A stretch of DNA of 32,000 bases. It comes from Deinococcus radiodurans R1 = ATCC 13939 = DSM 20539 (GTDB lineage: Bacteria > Deinococcota > Deinococci > Deinococcales > Deinococcaceae). Below, piece by piece: positions 1-10,764 of the stretch. Below the pieces are notes generated by a model that worked only from the letters and a program-made list of their open reading frames with translations, was not told where the DNA came from and searched no databases. The position numbers and the translations under genes were made by a program. The stretch is taken from positions 2,503,347 to 2,535,346 of the forward strand of contig NC_001263.1 of NCBI RefSeq assembly GCF_000008565.1, read 5' to 3'. Within the stretch, counting starts at the first letter, position 1. The number at the start of each line of letters is the position of its first letter.

Positions 1-2
1 AC

Positions 3-290
3 GACCCCGAGATGTTCGCCACGCTGCACGCCTACTCGCCGTTGCACAACCTGAAAGAGGGAACCCGCTATCCCGCCACCCTCATTACCACCGGCGACCA
101 CGACGACCGGGTGGTGCCCGCCCACTCCTACAAATTCGCCGCCGAGTTGCAGCGCGTGCAAGCGGGGAGCGCCCCCACCCTCATCCGCATCCAGACCCGC
201 GCCGGACACGGAGCCGGCAAACCGACGGCGCTGGTCATAGAGGAAGCCGCCGACATCTGGGCTTTTCTAGAGGAGGTGCTGGGCGGCTGA
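3..290 (+). CDS. Prolyl oligopeptidase (S9A) family serine peptidase, C-terminal fragment; the 5' end lies outside the window
   Basis: The frame is open from the window edge. [17 protein letters not shown] and RAGHGAGKP match the Asp and His catalytic-triad region of prolyl endopeptidases. Confidence 0.8.
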   Translation, partial: DPEMFATLHAYSPLHNLKEGTRYPATLITTGDHDDRVVPAHSYKFAAELQRVQAGSAPTLIRIQTRAGHGAGKPTALVIEEAADIWAFLEEVLGG

Positions 291-299
291 GGCAGAGAG

Positions 300-1124
300 T
301 CAGGGAACAGGCTTTTCTCCCTTGAACGCCCGCAGCAGTTGCCCGCGCTCGCGCAGGGCGTGCTGAAACTTCTGGGCGTCGTTGAGATTGAGGGGAGCGG
401 CGCCCAGCGCCTTTTTCTCGGTTTTCTCGGTGGAGGTGCGGGGCGTTGCGGTAAGCCCCTCGCCTCCAAAGCGCCGCGCCCGGAACATGCCGGGGTGCTC
501 CTCGAAGACGGCAATCACGTCGTCGGGGAGCGTTTCCAGATGCGCGGCAAAAGTCAGCTCCTGAAGCAGCTCGGCATTCGCGGCGGCGCCCCCCAGCTCG
601 GTCAGCAGGCGGTCAATCAGGGCAAACACGCGGGCGGCGTAGGCCTCCACCTCGGTCTGGGTGGGCAGGTAGCCCCGGTGAATTACCCGATTGCGAAAGT
701 CGCTGCCCAGGCTTTTGCCGTCCATGAAATCGGGCTCGCGGCCCTCGCGCAGCAGGTAGGCGAGGGTCATCATGCCGAGTTGCCGCTCCGACTGGCTGGC
801 GACGTGCCGCCACGTCCGGTCCAGAGTCGCCTGCGCCGCCGCGAAATCGCCGCCCTGCGCCGCTGCCCGTTCCAGTGCGTGCGACTTGACGTAAAACTCG
901 AAAAAGCGTTCCAGCGCTGCCGCGAAGCTTGCCACCGCCTCACGCGCGTACCCGTCGAGCAGCGCCCGCGTGCCGAGGTCGAACAGCAGCTCGAACTTCT
1001 GCTTGCGGACAAAGACGCACGACCTGCCGCCGCAGTGGGGACAAGTCAGGTCGTGGATATGGCTGTCGGTGAACTCGGCCTGCATTTCCCGCGTGCAGTG
1101 GGGGCAGGCGGTGGGAAAGCGCAT
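300..1124 (-). CDS. Hypothetical protein: N-terminal zinc ribbon plus HEPN-like helical domain
   Basis: 274-aa ORF. CPHC at aa 7-10 and 28-31 forms a zinc ribbon. The helical region ends in DFRNRVIHRGY; RNRVIH is encoded at nt 678-695 and fits the HEPN R-N-x-x-x-H signature. TAAGCT (1131-1136) lies 6 nt before the ATG. The domain call is by eye only. Confidence 0.6.
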   Translation of the reverse strand: MRFPTACPHCTREMQAEFTDSHIHDLTCPHCGGRSCVFVRKQKFELLFDLGTRALLDGYAREAVASFAAALERFFEFYVKSHALERAAAQGGDFAAAQATLDRTWRHVASQSERQLGMMTLAYLLREGREPDFMDGKSLGSDFRNRVIHRGYLPTQTEVEAYAARVFALIDRLLTELGGAAANAELLQELTFAAHLETLPDDVIAVFEEHPGMFRARRFGGEGLTATPRTSTEKTEKKALGAAPLNLNDAQKFQHALRERGQLLRAFKGEKPVP

Positions 1125-1172
1125 GGTCGGAGCTTACCCCAGCAGCCGAACGGTGGTCAGAGCTTCTGATTA

Positions 1173-1230
1173 TTTGACCCTCTACCCTGGTGGGAGAGGG
1201 CCTTGCGAAGCAAGGGGTGAGGGGGTCTTT
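1173..1230 (+). repeat. Structured small intergenic repeat, copy 1 (SNR-like)
   Basis: TTTGACCCTCTACCC..GGAGAGGGCC-CCTTGCgaaGCAAGG-GGTGAGGGGGTCTTT. It is near-identical to the reverse complement of 27897-27951. Confidence 0.7.
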
Positions 1231-1238
1231 TTCCAGGC

Positions 1239-2315
1239 TCAGGGCAACTGAGCCGTCTGCGGCGCAATCACGTAGCTCAGCCCGCCGCTGTGCGCCAACC
1301 ACAGCTTCTCGAAGGCGGCGCGGGGGTAGACCGTCCGCACGCCCGCGTCGTTGGGCGCCGCCGGGTCGTTGAGCACCGGGTTGCCCTGCGCGTCGAAGCC
1401 GATGAGGACCATCAGGTGCCCGTTGCTGCTCGGAATGGGGGCGCCCGGCAGTTCGCCTTTTTTCCAGCCCAGGCTGACCGCCAGCGGAAACCCGGCGGCG
1501 GTGTACTTCTCGGCGGCGCTCAGGCTCGGCAGTCGGGTGACGAAGGCGCGCATCCCCTGTTCGCCCGCGTAGGCCACGTTGAACGACCAGTTGCCGGTGC
1601 CGTCGTAGGCTTTGTCATAGGTTCCGGCGGCGGCCTGCGGCACCGTGACCGGCGTGCCCAGCGCGGCCAGAATCATGCTGACGCTGGTGGGGCTGCACCA
1701 CGCCTCGCCGCCGTTGGGGTAGAGCATCTGCGAGCGCTGCGGCACCACCCCGATGCGGCCCCAGGCCCGGCGGTCACTCGCCTCGCCCAGCCGCTCGGAA
1801 CGCCGCGCCCAGTCGCTGGTCGTGAGCCCCAGCAGCCGCAGCGTGGTGCCCGACCCGCGCAGGGTCACGCGGTATTGCAGGGTGGTCGCCTTCGCTTTCA
1901 GCTTGAGCGTGTCGGTCAGCACCTGCCCGGCGTTGTCTTTTTGCCCGTCCAGGCTGGTGCGGCCCTCCGCGGCGCTCCACGTCCCGAAGGAGTACCAGGG
2001 GCTCCACGCGCCGCCCGTCAGCCCCACCCGCACTTCCAGGGTCAGACTACCCGCTGGCCCGGTCGTGGTGTTCCAAGAGGGCACGAGCTGGTCAAAGGCC
2101 GCCACCGTCAGCGGCGCCGAGGTCAGGGTGCCGCTGCCGATGCCGTCGGGCACCGCTACGCTGTCACCTTGGCGGACCAGGCCGCTGAGTTCGGCACTTT
2201 GCCAGTCGGCGGCGCGCTCAAAGAGGGTGGTGGTCGTGGCGGGGTAGGTCAAGGTGGACGCTCCGGCGCTCCCGAGCAGAGCGAAGGTCATGGCGAGGGT
2301 GCGAAAAGTAAGCAT
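1239..2315 (-). CDS. Secreted C39-like (papain-fold) cysteine peptidase family protein
   Basis: N-terminal Sec signal (ALLGSAGAS). GGEAWCSPTSVSMILAALG and SSNGHLMVLIGFD match the Cys and His motifs of peptidase_C39_2-type proteins. Confidence 0.7.
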   Translation of the reverse strand: MLTFRTLAMTFALLGSAGASTLTYPATTTTLFERAADWQSAELSGLVRQGDSVAVPDGIGSGTLTSAPLTVAAFDQLVPSWNTTTGPAGSLTLEVRVGLTGGAWSPWYSFGTWSAAEGRTSLDGQKDNAGQVLTDTLKLKAKATTLQYRVTLRGSGTTLRLLGLTTSDWARRSERLGEASDRRAWGRIGVVPQRSQMLYPNGGEAWCSPTSVSMILAALGTPVTVPQAAAGTYDKAYDGTGNWSFNVAYAGEQGMRAFVTRLPSLSAAEKYTAAGFPLAVSLGWKKGELPGAPIPSSNGHLMVLIGFDAQGNPVLNDPAAPNDAGVRTVYPRAAFEKLWLAHSGGLSYVIAPQTAQLP

Positions 2316-2390
2316 GTTGCACCGCCGACTATGCCGCCCCCCCCTGATGTGGGGATGAGGGCCGCCCGCGCCTCAGCCCGCACCCGCAAC

Positions 2391-3407
<1,017 letters not shown>

Positions 3408-3430
3408 GCAGGGCATTGTACGGCGGCGTC

Positions 3431-3467
3431 CCAAAGCAAACCGCCGCCCAGATGAACCGGGCGGCGG
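3431..3467 (-). terminator. Rho-independent terminator of the acyl-CoA synthetase gene
   Basis: Perfect 9-bp stem CCGCCGCCC/GGGCGGCGG (3441-3449 / 3459-3467) with a 9-nt loop, followed on the minus strand by TTTGCTTTGG. Confidence 0.7.
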
Positions 3468-3479
3468 AGACGGTTACGG

Positions 3480-5159
<1,680 letters not shown>

Positions 5160-5246
5160 GGGAAAACCTCCAGGGCCGGAAACGTGAAGACAGCGGGAGC
5201 AGAGGCTCTCGCTGATGGACGCGGCGGTGAGGGCCACAGAATAACG

Positions 5247-5277
5247 AAAAAAGCCCCCCTGGGGAGGGAGGCTTTTT
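5247..5277 (-). terminator. Rho-independent terminator downstream of hpi, flanked by A- and T-runs
   Basis: AAAAAA-GCCCCCCT-gggg-AGGGAGGC-TTTTT. The 8-bp stem has one mismatch and starts 20 nt after the hpi stop. Confidence 0.7.
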
Positions 5278-5296
5278 AGTTGGGTGCTTGTACTTC

Positions 5297-8143
5297 TTAC
5301 TTCTGGACGGTTTCGCCGTAGAAGCTGTACGCGCCGGCGGTGCCGCTCACGATGCCGTTGAACTGGTCGTAGGAGAACAGGTTCACGTTGTCGTTGTTGC
5401 CGAAGGTGCGACCGAAGTAGAAGTCGTTGAGCAGGTCGCTGTTGAAGTCGAACTTCTGCTGGGTGTTGGCGGTGTCGCTGCTGCCCAGTTCAACCCAGGG
5501 GGTCCGGATGCGCCAGTTGTTGCCGCGCTGGTTCGCCAGGTTGCCCGCGTTGACGTAAGCGCTCCGCAGGGTGGGGTCAGTGTTCAGCTGGTAGTCACGA
5601 ATACGGTTCCACTGGGTGGCATCGAAGCGACCATAGGCACCGACGTTACGGATCTTCTCGGTGATGGCGGTTTCGGTGGCTCCACGGGGGAGGTAAGCGT
5701 TGGTGGTCAGCGTGCCGACCGAATCCAGGCTCAGGATGTTATCCAGGGCGCTGTTGGCAGTGGTGTTGGGGGTCACAGCCGTGCCGTTGACACCAGAGAT
5801 GGCGTTGCTGTTGCTCATGAACTGAGCGCTGGCGTTGCGCTTGAAGGCATCGAAGCCGCCGAGCAGGGGGCGCGCCTGGTTGGTGATCTTGGCGTTGACA
5901 ACGATGGGGGTCGTGGAGATGGTCGCGTTACCAGCGCGGTCAACGACCAGCGCGCGGAGGTAGACAGCGCCAGCACCGTTGGGCAGTTGCAGAGCGTTCC
6001 AACCCGCGTTCAGGCTGTCAGCCTTGGCACCGTCGGTGACCCGCTGGCGAGCGAACTGCACGGGGTGACCGATCGCAGGGGTGGTGGTCGCGTCGTCAAC
6101 CACACCATTGTCAGTGTCCCAGAACAGGCGGGTTTCGTACACGCCGCAGCCACCGTCGCTGGCGTCGCTCTCGACAGACACGCGCTCGCCGCTGGCGAAG
6201 GTGCCCTGCATGACCGCACGGTTGAAGTTGACCGTGGGATCGGTGTTGTCGATGTAGACCTTGGCGTTGGTCGGGGCACTCACCACAGGGTTACCGAGCG
6301 CGTCGGTCAGGCTGTTGAAGCCGATGGTGTACTCACCGTCAGCCAGCTGGTTGGTGTCGAACTGACCCGCCTGAATCTGACGGCCACCGAGGGTGAAGGT
6401 CAGGCCCTGGCCGGGGTTCAGGCCCACGCCACCAGCGTTGTCGGTGATGCCACCCAGAGTGATGGTGGCGATATCGCTCAGGCAACGCTCGGGTTCCTGC
6501 GAAGCGAAGGGCAGGTCGGAGGTGTCGCGGATGACGCTCCCGGTGATGGTCGGGCCGACGTTGTCGAAACGAACCAGTTCGTAGGTCGCGCTGGCCGTTT
6601 CGTTGCCCAGCTGGTCACGCGAGATCGCGTAGACGCGGTAGGTCACGTTGTCCTGAGCCTTGGGGGTCACGGTGCTGGTAGCGCCCGAGCCGATCACGCG
6701 GCTGAACGAAGTGGCCTTCACAGTGCCGGGTTCGAGGACAGGAGCACTGACCACGGTTGCCACGCTCTTGATCGCCTTGGCACGCAGCATTTCGTCGGAT
6801 TCTTGCAGGGCCTTGTTGCCGAAGGCGGTTTCGGGCACCAGGTAGTAACGGATGCTCTCGAAGCCGGAGGGACGACGCTGCACGAAGGAGGAGCCCAGGG
6901 GCGCCTGACCGAATTCGCGGTCCTGCAGGCTGGGGTTGCCGGTGAACACGTTCACGTCGCCGCGCACGTAGGTCAGCCCGCTGTTGTTGTAGTTGTTCAG
7001 GATGTTGGAGTAAGCATTCTGAACGCCGTTGAGTTCGGGATCAGGCTGCTGGGGGCCCTTGTTGTCGGCGATCACGGGCTGGTAGGTCACCTGGGTGCCG
7101 TTGATACGCACGACGATCCACTTGCGCACGCCGTCGAATTCGGCGAGGCGGCGGCTGTCGAGGCTGAAAGTTTCGGTGCCGCTGGTGCTGGCCACCGAGC
7201 GCAGCACGTCGCCAGCCTGAACGTCGTCGTTGGTCGGAACGTCGGAGCCGGTGGTGCGGGCCAGGAACACTTCAACCTTGGAGCCAGCAGCAGCGTTGAC
7301 GCTGAAGTTCACAGTGCCCTTGACGTAGATGTCCACGTTGCCGTTGGGGTCGCTGGGGGTGCTCACACCCTGGCCCAGGCGGCGCCAACCGTTGTCGGCG
7401 TCCTTGACGATGCCTTCGTTGGTCAGGGTCAGTTCCTGGTCGCCAGCGGGGGTCACGGTGCCGTAACGGTTGTCCACGACAGGCGCCTTGACGTCGACGG
7501 TCACGGTGCTGGACACAGTCTGACCATTGGCGGTACCAGTCACGGTAATCAGGCCGCCACCAGCAGTGGTGGGGGTCACGTCACAGTAGCCGCCGGTGCT
7601 GCTGACCTGAGCGTTCACAGCGGCGCTGTTGCCGATCTTGCAGGTCGCGCTGCTCAGGGCCACGGAGGAGGTGAACACCACGCGGATGGGCGTGCCAGTG
7701 GTGGCCGCCGCACCGTTGGTGGGGCTGGTGATGTTCAGGGTGAAGGGCTGCGTGGGCGTGGTGCCGCCATTCCCATTGCCGTTACCCGTGCTAGGAACCG
7801 TCGTGTAGGCAAAGTTCACGCTGGGGGTCAGGTTGGTGCTGCTGATCGTGGTGCTCTGAGCAGCGGGGGTGGTGTACCCGTCCTTAGCCTTGGGAGTGAG
7901 CGTCACAGTACCAGTCTTGGCCACAGGAAGCTTCTGACCGTTGGACAGCGTCATGCTGGTGGTCTTGCCGTCCATCGTGACATCGAAGTCAGCCGAGGAA
8001 ACGCCGCTGATGTTGACAGTCACCGAGCAGGTGTTGGCCGTAGCGCAAGCGTCGGCAGTAGGGGTGGTGCCCGTCCCATTCTGACCGCAGGATGCCAGGG
8101 TCAGGATCCCGGTGAGAGCCATGAGTGCGATATTTTTCTTCAT
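5297..8143 (-). CDS. hpi: S-layer hexagonally packed intermediate (HPI) surface lipoprotein
   Basis: 948-aa ORF with lipoprotein signal MKKNIALMALTGILTLASC and a Thr/Asn/Gly/Val-rich beta-type composition. GGAGG lies 4 nt before the ATG. The N-terminal sequence is recognised from memory as D. radiodurans HPI; not verified by search. Confidence 0.85.
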   Translation of the reverse strand: MKKNIALMALTGILTLASCGQNGTGTTPTADACATANTCSVTVNISGVSSADFDVTMDGKTTSMTLSNGQKLPVAKTGTVTLTPKAKDGYTTPAAQSTTISSTNLTPSVNFAYTTVPSTGNGNGNGGTTPTQPFTLNITSPTNGAAATTGTPIRVVFTSSVALSSATCKIGNSAAVNAQVSSTGGYCDVTPTTAGGGLITVTGTANGQTVSSTVTVDVKAPVVDNRYGTVTPAGDQELTLTNEGIVKDADNGWRRLGQGVSTPSDPNGNVDIYVKGTVNFSVNAAAGSKVEVFLARTTGSDVPTNDDVQAGDVLRSVASTSGTETFSLDSRRLAEFDGVRKWIVVRINGTQVTYQPVIADNKGPQQPDPELNGVQNAYSNILNNYNNSGLTYVRGDVNVFTGNPSLQDREFGQAPLGSSFVQRRPSGFESIRYYLVPETAFGNKALQESDEMLRAKAIKSVATVVSAPVLEPGTVKATSFSRVIGSGATSTVTPKAQDNVTYRVYAISRDQLGNETASATYELVRFDNVGPTITGSVIRDTSDLPFASQEPERCLSDIATITLGGITDNAGGVGLNPGQGLTFTLGGRQIQAGQFDTNQLADGEYTIGFNSLTDALGNPVVSAPTNAKVYIDNTDPTVNFNRAVMQGTFASGERVSVESDASDGGCGVYETRLFWDTDNGVVDDATTTPAIGHPVQFARQRVTDGAKADSLNAGWNALQLPNGAGAVYLRALVVDRAGNATISTTPIVVNAKITNQARPLLGGFDAFKRNASAQFMSNSNAISGVNGTAVTPNTTANSALDNILSLDSVGTLTTNAYLPRGATETAITEKIRNVGAYGRFDATQWNRIRDYQLNTDPTLRSAYVNAGNLANQRGNNWRIRTPWVELGSSDTANTQQKFDFNSDLLNDFYFGRTFGNNDNVNLFSYDQFNGIVSGTAGAYSFYGETVQK

Positions 8144-8298
8144 ACGTCCTCCGTGAGCGGATGCGAAGCGATCTATTTCCCGTCTGACCGCGCTATCAAT
8201 GATTGCTGTTCCTTCTGGATCCAGTTGCCGAGTTTCCTGTCCACCGGTCTACAGCGTTCATGCAGCATAGGTTAGCTCAGGATGAGATCCCGGCGCGA

Positions 8299-8328
8299 AT
8301 TATAGAGATGAGATAATAGCTCTGTCAA
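8299..8328 (-). promoter_or_regulatory. Consensus sigma70-type promoter of hpi
   Basis: On the minus strand: TTGACA (8328-8323), an 18-nt spacer, then TATAAT (8304-8299). This predicts a 5' UTR of about 150 nt. Confidence 0.65.
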
Positions 8329-8370
8329 GGTGACTTTTTGTCGTCTAAAGCGCAAAAGTCGGCTTTTTTC

Positions 8371-8401
8371 GTCAGTTTGAGGTCAGGTTGGTCAGCCTGA
8401 C
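8371..8401. promoter_or_regulatory. Phased GTCAG/CTGAC pentamer array upstream of the hpi promoter
   Basis: GTCAG at 8371, 8382 and 8391, and inverted CTGAC at 8397. GTCAGG..CCTGAC also forms a 6-bp hairpin. Confidence 0.25.
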
Positions 8402-8571
8402 TTGGTGGCAACAATAGGTGATCAAAAACACTGTCTGACACAGTTAAAATGTTTGTCTCATAAAGTCGCGGATAGATCGATATGTGTCAGATGAATACTG
8501 AATTGCCATAGAGTGTAGCTTTGATTAAGTTCAGGGACGGCTTGATTTTCAGAATAGGGGCCAATCCAGAA

Positions 8572-8970
8572 TTACCTCATCAGCCACAGTTCCAGAATCT
8601 GCACCGCTGCCGCCTCATCCTCATCGGCAGCGCCCAGTGCCCGTGCCCGCTGCGTGGTAAAGCGTTCGTCCTGATACTCGACCGTGTAGCCCTTGTCCAT
8701 CAGCACCCGCCCGAAAGCACGCACGCGGTCTGCCGTCGGGCTCGGCTTGCCATCGGTACGGAGCGGCAGCCCCAGCACCAGCCGCTCAGCGCCGGTTTCC
8801 TCGACCTTCAGGCGCACGGCCTTGAGGTCGAGCGGCAAACGTTTGCGGTCCACGCTGCCCCGGCCAAAGGCGAGGCGGCCCGCGCTTACGGCAAAGCCGA
8901 TGCGCGACTTGCTCACGTCGAGGGCCAGCACGGTGGGAAGAGCGGCAGGTGCGGGGTCAGGGCCAGACAT
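8572..8970 (-). CDS. ruvX: YqgF/RuvX family Holliday-junction-resolvase-like putative pre-16S rRNA nuclease
   Basis: VLALDVSKSRIGFAVS, LVLGLPLRTDG and DERFTT motifs. The start is set at ATG 8970 because TATGCT lies 7 nt upstream. The track start is 8982. Confidence 0.85.
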   Translation of the reverse strand: MSGPDPAPAALPTVLALDVSKSRIGFAVSAGRLAFGRGSVDRKRLPLDLKAVRLKVEETGAERLVLGLPLRTDGKPSPTADRVRAFGRVLMDKGYTVEYQDERFTTQRARALGAADEDEAAAVQILELWLMR

Positions 8971-8999
8971 CCGGGCGAGCATAGCGGTAGCCTGAGCCC

Positions 9000-9782
9000 A
9001 TGGAACAATCTGTGATTCTGGTTTCCGACCAGGCGGCGGTCCGGACCCTCACCCTCAACCGCGAGCACAAGCTCAATGCGGCCAACGACAAGCTGCTGCT
9101 GACCCTGACCCGCGAGCTGGAGCGGGCCGACGCCGACCCGGCGGTGCGTGTGGTCGTCATCACCGGGGCAGGGCGCGGCTTTTGCGCCGGGCAGGACCTG
9201 GGCGACGTGTCGGGACGCGACATGACGTTTACCGAGCACCTCAACCACACCTACAACCCGCTGATTCGCACCATCCGCGGCCTGAGCAAGCCGGTCATCA
9301 CCGCCGTCAATGGCGTGGCGGCGGGCGCAGGCGCGAGTCTGGCGCTGGCCGGGGACATCCGGCTGTGGACGCGCGGGGCGAACTTGATCGAGGTCTTTTC
9401 CAACATCGCCCTGGTGCCCGACAGCGGCAGTACGTGGTTTTTGCCCCGGCTGGTCGGTTACCACCGCGCCTTCGAGATGATGGCCCTTGCCGAAAAGATC
9501 GGATCCGACGATGCCCTGCGCCTGGGCCTGTGCGAGCAGGTCTTCCCCGACGAGAGCTTCCGCGCCGACGTGCAGGCCTACGCCGAGCGGCTGGCGGCCC
9601 GCCCCGCCAACGCCCTCAAGCTGACCAAGCAGGCGCTGACCGACGCGCTGACCAGCACCCTCGATCAGGCGCTCGACCGCGAGGCCGAGTTGCAGCAGCT
9701 CGCAGGCGACCATTGGGAACACGAGGAAGGCGTGACGGCCTTCAAGGAAAAGCGCCCGGCGCAGTTCGTGCGGGAAGGGTAA
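9000..9782 (+). CDS. Enoyl-CoA hydratase/isomerase (crotonase) family protein
   Basis: VVVITGAGRGFCAGQDL oxyanion-hole motif and a crotonase fold pattern throughout the 260 aa. Confidence 0.9.
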   Translation: MEQSVILVSDQAAVRTLTLNREHKLNAANDKLLLTLTRELERADADPAVRVVVITGAGRGFCAGQDLGDVSGRDMTFTEHLNHTYNPLIRTIRGLSKPVITAVNGVAAGAGASLALAGDIRLWTRGANLIEVFSNIALVPDSGSTWFLPRLVGYHRAFEMMALAEKIGSDDALRLGLCEQVFPDESFRADVQAYAERLAARPANALKLTKQALTDALTSTLDQALDREAELQQLAGDHWEHEEGVTAFKEKRPAQFVREG

Positions 9783-9787
9783 ACGGA

Positions 9788-9837
9788 GCAAAAGAAAAGC
9801 GCCCGCCAACTCATATTGGCGGGCGCTTTTCTTTTGC
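9788..9837. terminator. Bidirectional terminator between convergent genes
   Basis: Perfect 22-bp stem GCAAAAGAAAAGCGCCCGCCAA / TTGGCGGGCGCTTTTCTTTTGC with a 6-nt loop. The A/T runs are built into both arms. Confidence 0.8.
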
Positions 9838-9839
9838 TG

Positions 9840-10691
9840 TCAGTCAGTGGAGGCCGGCGCTTCTCTCGGTTCGCGGCGCGGGCTACGAGCCGCCGCCTGT
9901 TCGGGGAGACGGCGCAGTTCACTGGCGGGAACGTCTTGCAGCAGGCCCTGATCAGTTTGCAGGTCCACCGTTCCGGCCAGGGGATGCAGCTTGGTCACCT
10001 TGCCGCAGGCGCCGCTGCCTTCGTGACACATCTTGGCGTTCTTGCGGGGCAGGTCACGCAGCAGGTCGAGGTACTGCTCGTGCTCGTATTGCAGGCAGCA
10101 CAGCAAGCGGCCACACGGCCCGCTGAGTTTTTCGGGATTGAGCGGCAATTGCTGGTCGCGCGCCATGCGGATGCTGACCGGGGCGAAATCCTGGAGGTGG
10201 GTGCTCGAACAGTTCTCGCGTCCGCAGGCGCCGAGCGTGCCGAGCATCTGCGCCTGCTCGCGCGGGCCGATGGCAGCGAAGTTGACGCGGGCGCGGGTGT
10301 GGGCGCGCAGTTCCCCGATGAGGCTGCTCAGTTCGATGCGCTCGTCGGCGCTGTAGCTGATGGTAACGAGCGATTCGTCGAGCGTGAACTCGACGGCGAC
10401 CAGTTTGACCGGCAGCCCCCGCTCACGCGCCCGCGCCCGCAGCAGCCATTTCAGGTCCTCGGCACGGCGGTGCAGGTCTTCCCAGGTGGCGAGGTCTTCC
10501 GGCGTCGCCGCCCGCAGCACGGCGCCGTAGCGGGCCTGCCGCTCGGGCTCGGACGCCTCGCCGCGCACGGTGGCGATTTCGGGGCCACGTTTGCCCTGCA
10601 CGACCACCCGCGTGCCCACCGGGTGCGGGGACTCGCTGAGCATGGGATGCAGTCGGGGACTCCGCTCGAAGCGGACGGGCAAAACAAACAC
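9840..10691 (-). CDS. PSP1 domain protein (RicT/YaaT-like)
   Basis: PSP1 C-terminal region with [13 protein letters not shown] and [13 protein letters not shown] Cys clusters. GTG start. Confidence 0.85.
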   Translation of the reverse strand: MFVLPVRFERSPRLHPMLSESPHPVGTRVVVQGKRGPEIATVRGEASEPERQARYGAVLRAATPEDLATWEDLHRRAEDLKWLLRARARERGLPVKLVAVEFTLDESLVTISYSADERIELSSLIGELRAHTRARVNFAAIGPREQAQMLGTLGACGRENCSSTHLQDFAPVSIRMARDQQLPLNPEKLSGPCGRLLCCLQYEHEQYLDLLRDLPRKNAKMCHEGSGACGKVTKLHPLAGTVDLQTDQGLLQDVPASELRRLPEQAAARSPRREPREAPASTD

Positions 10692-10764
10692 CCCCAGACC
10701 ATGTCATGAATCGGGGGCGCTGCCAAGTGAAAAGGAACAGTTGAGCGGTCAGGACCGGCCAAGC

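Noticed and set aside
286-304. Convergent gene pairs with almost no spacer (290/300, and 31442/31444) and no terminator.
   Set aside because: This is common in compact genomes. It implies overlapping 3' ends, but there is nothing specific to test beyond routine transcript mapping.
8173-8268. 31-codon upstream ORF (MLHERCRPVDRKLGNWIQKEQQSLIARSDGK) in the predicted hpi leader.
   Set aside because: It has no SD or leaderless context and an unremarkable sequence. A short ORF of this length is expected by chance in A/T-richer DNA.
5288-8275. 995-aa plus-strand ORF covering the whole hpi locus.
   Set aside because: It is codon-aligned antisense to hpi, with the same triplet phase. It stays open only because hpi avoids the TTA, CTA and TCA codons. 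The translation is low-complexity G/A/V-rich with no motifs, and no start signals are present.
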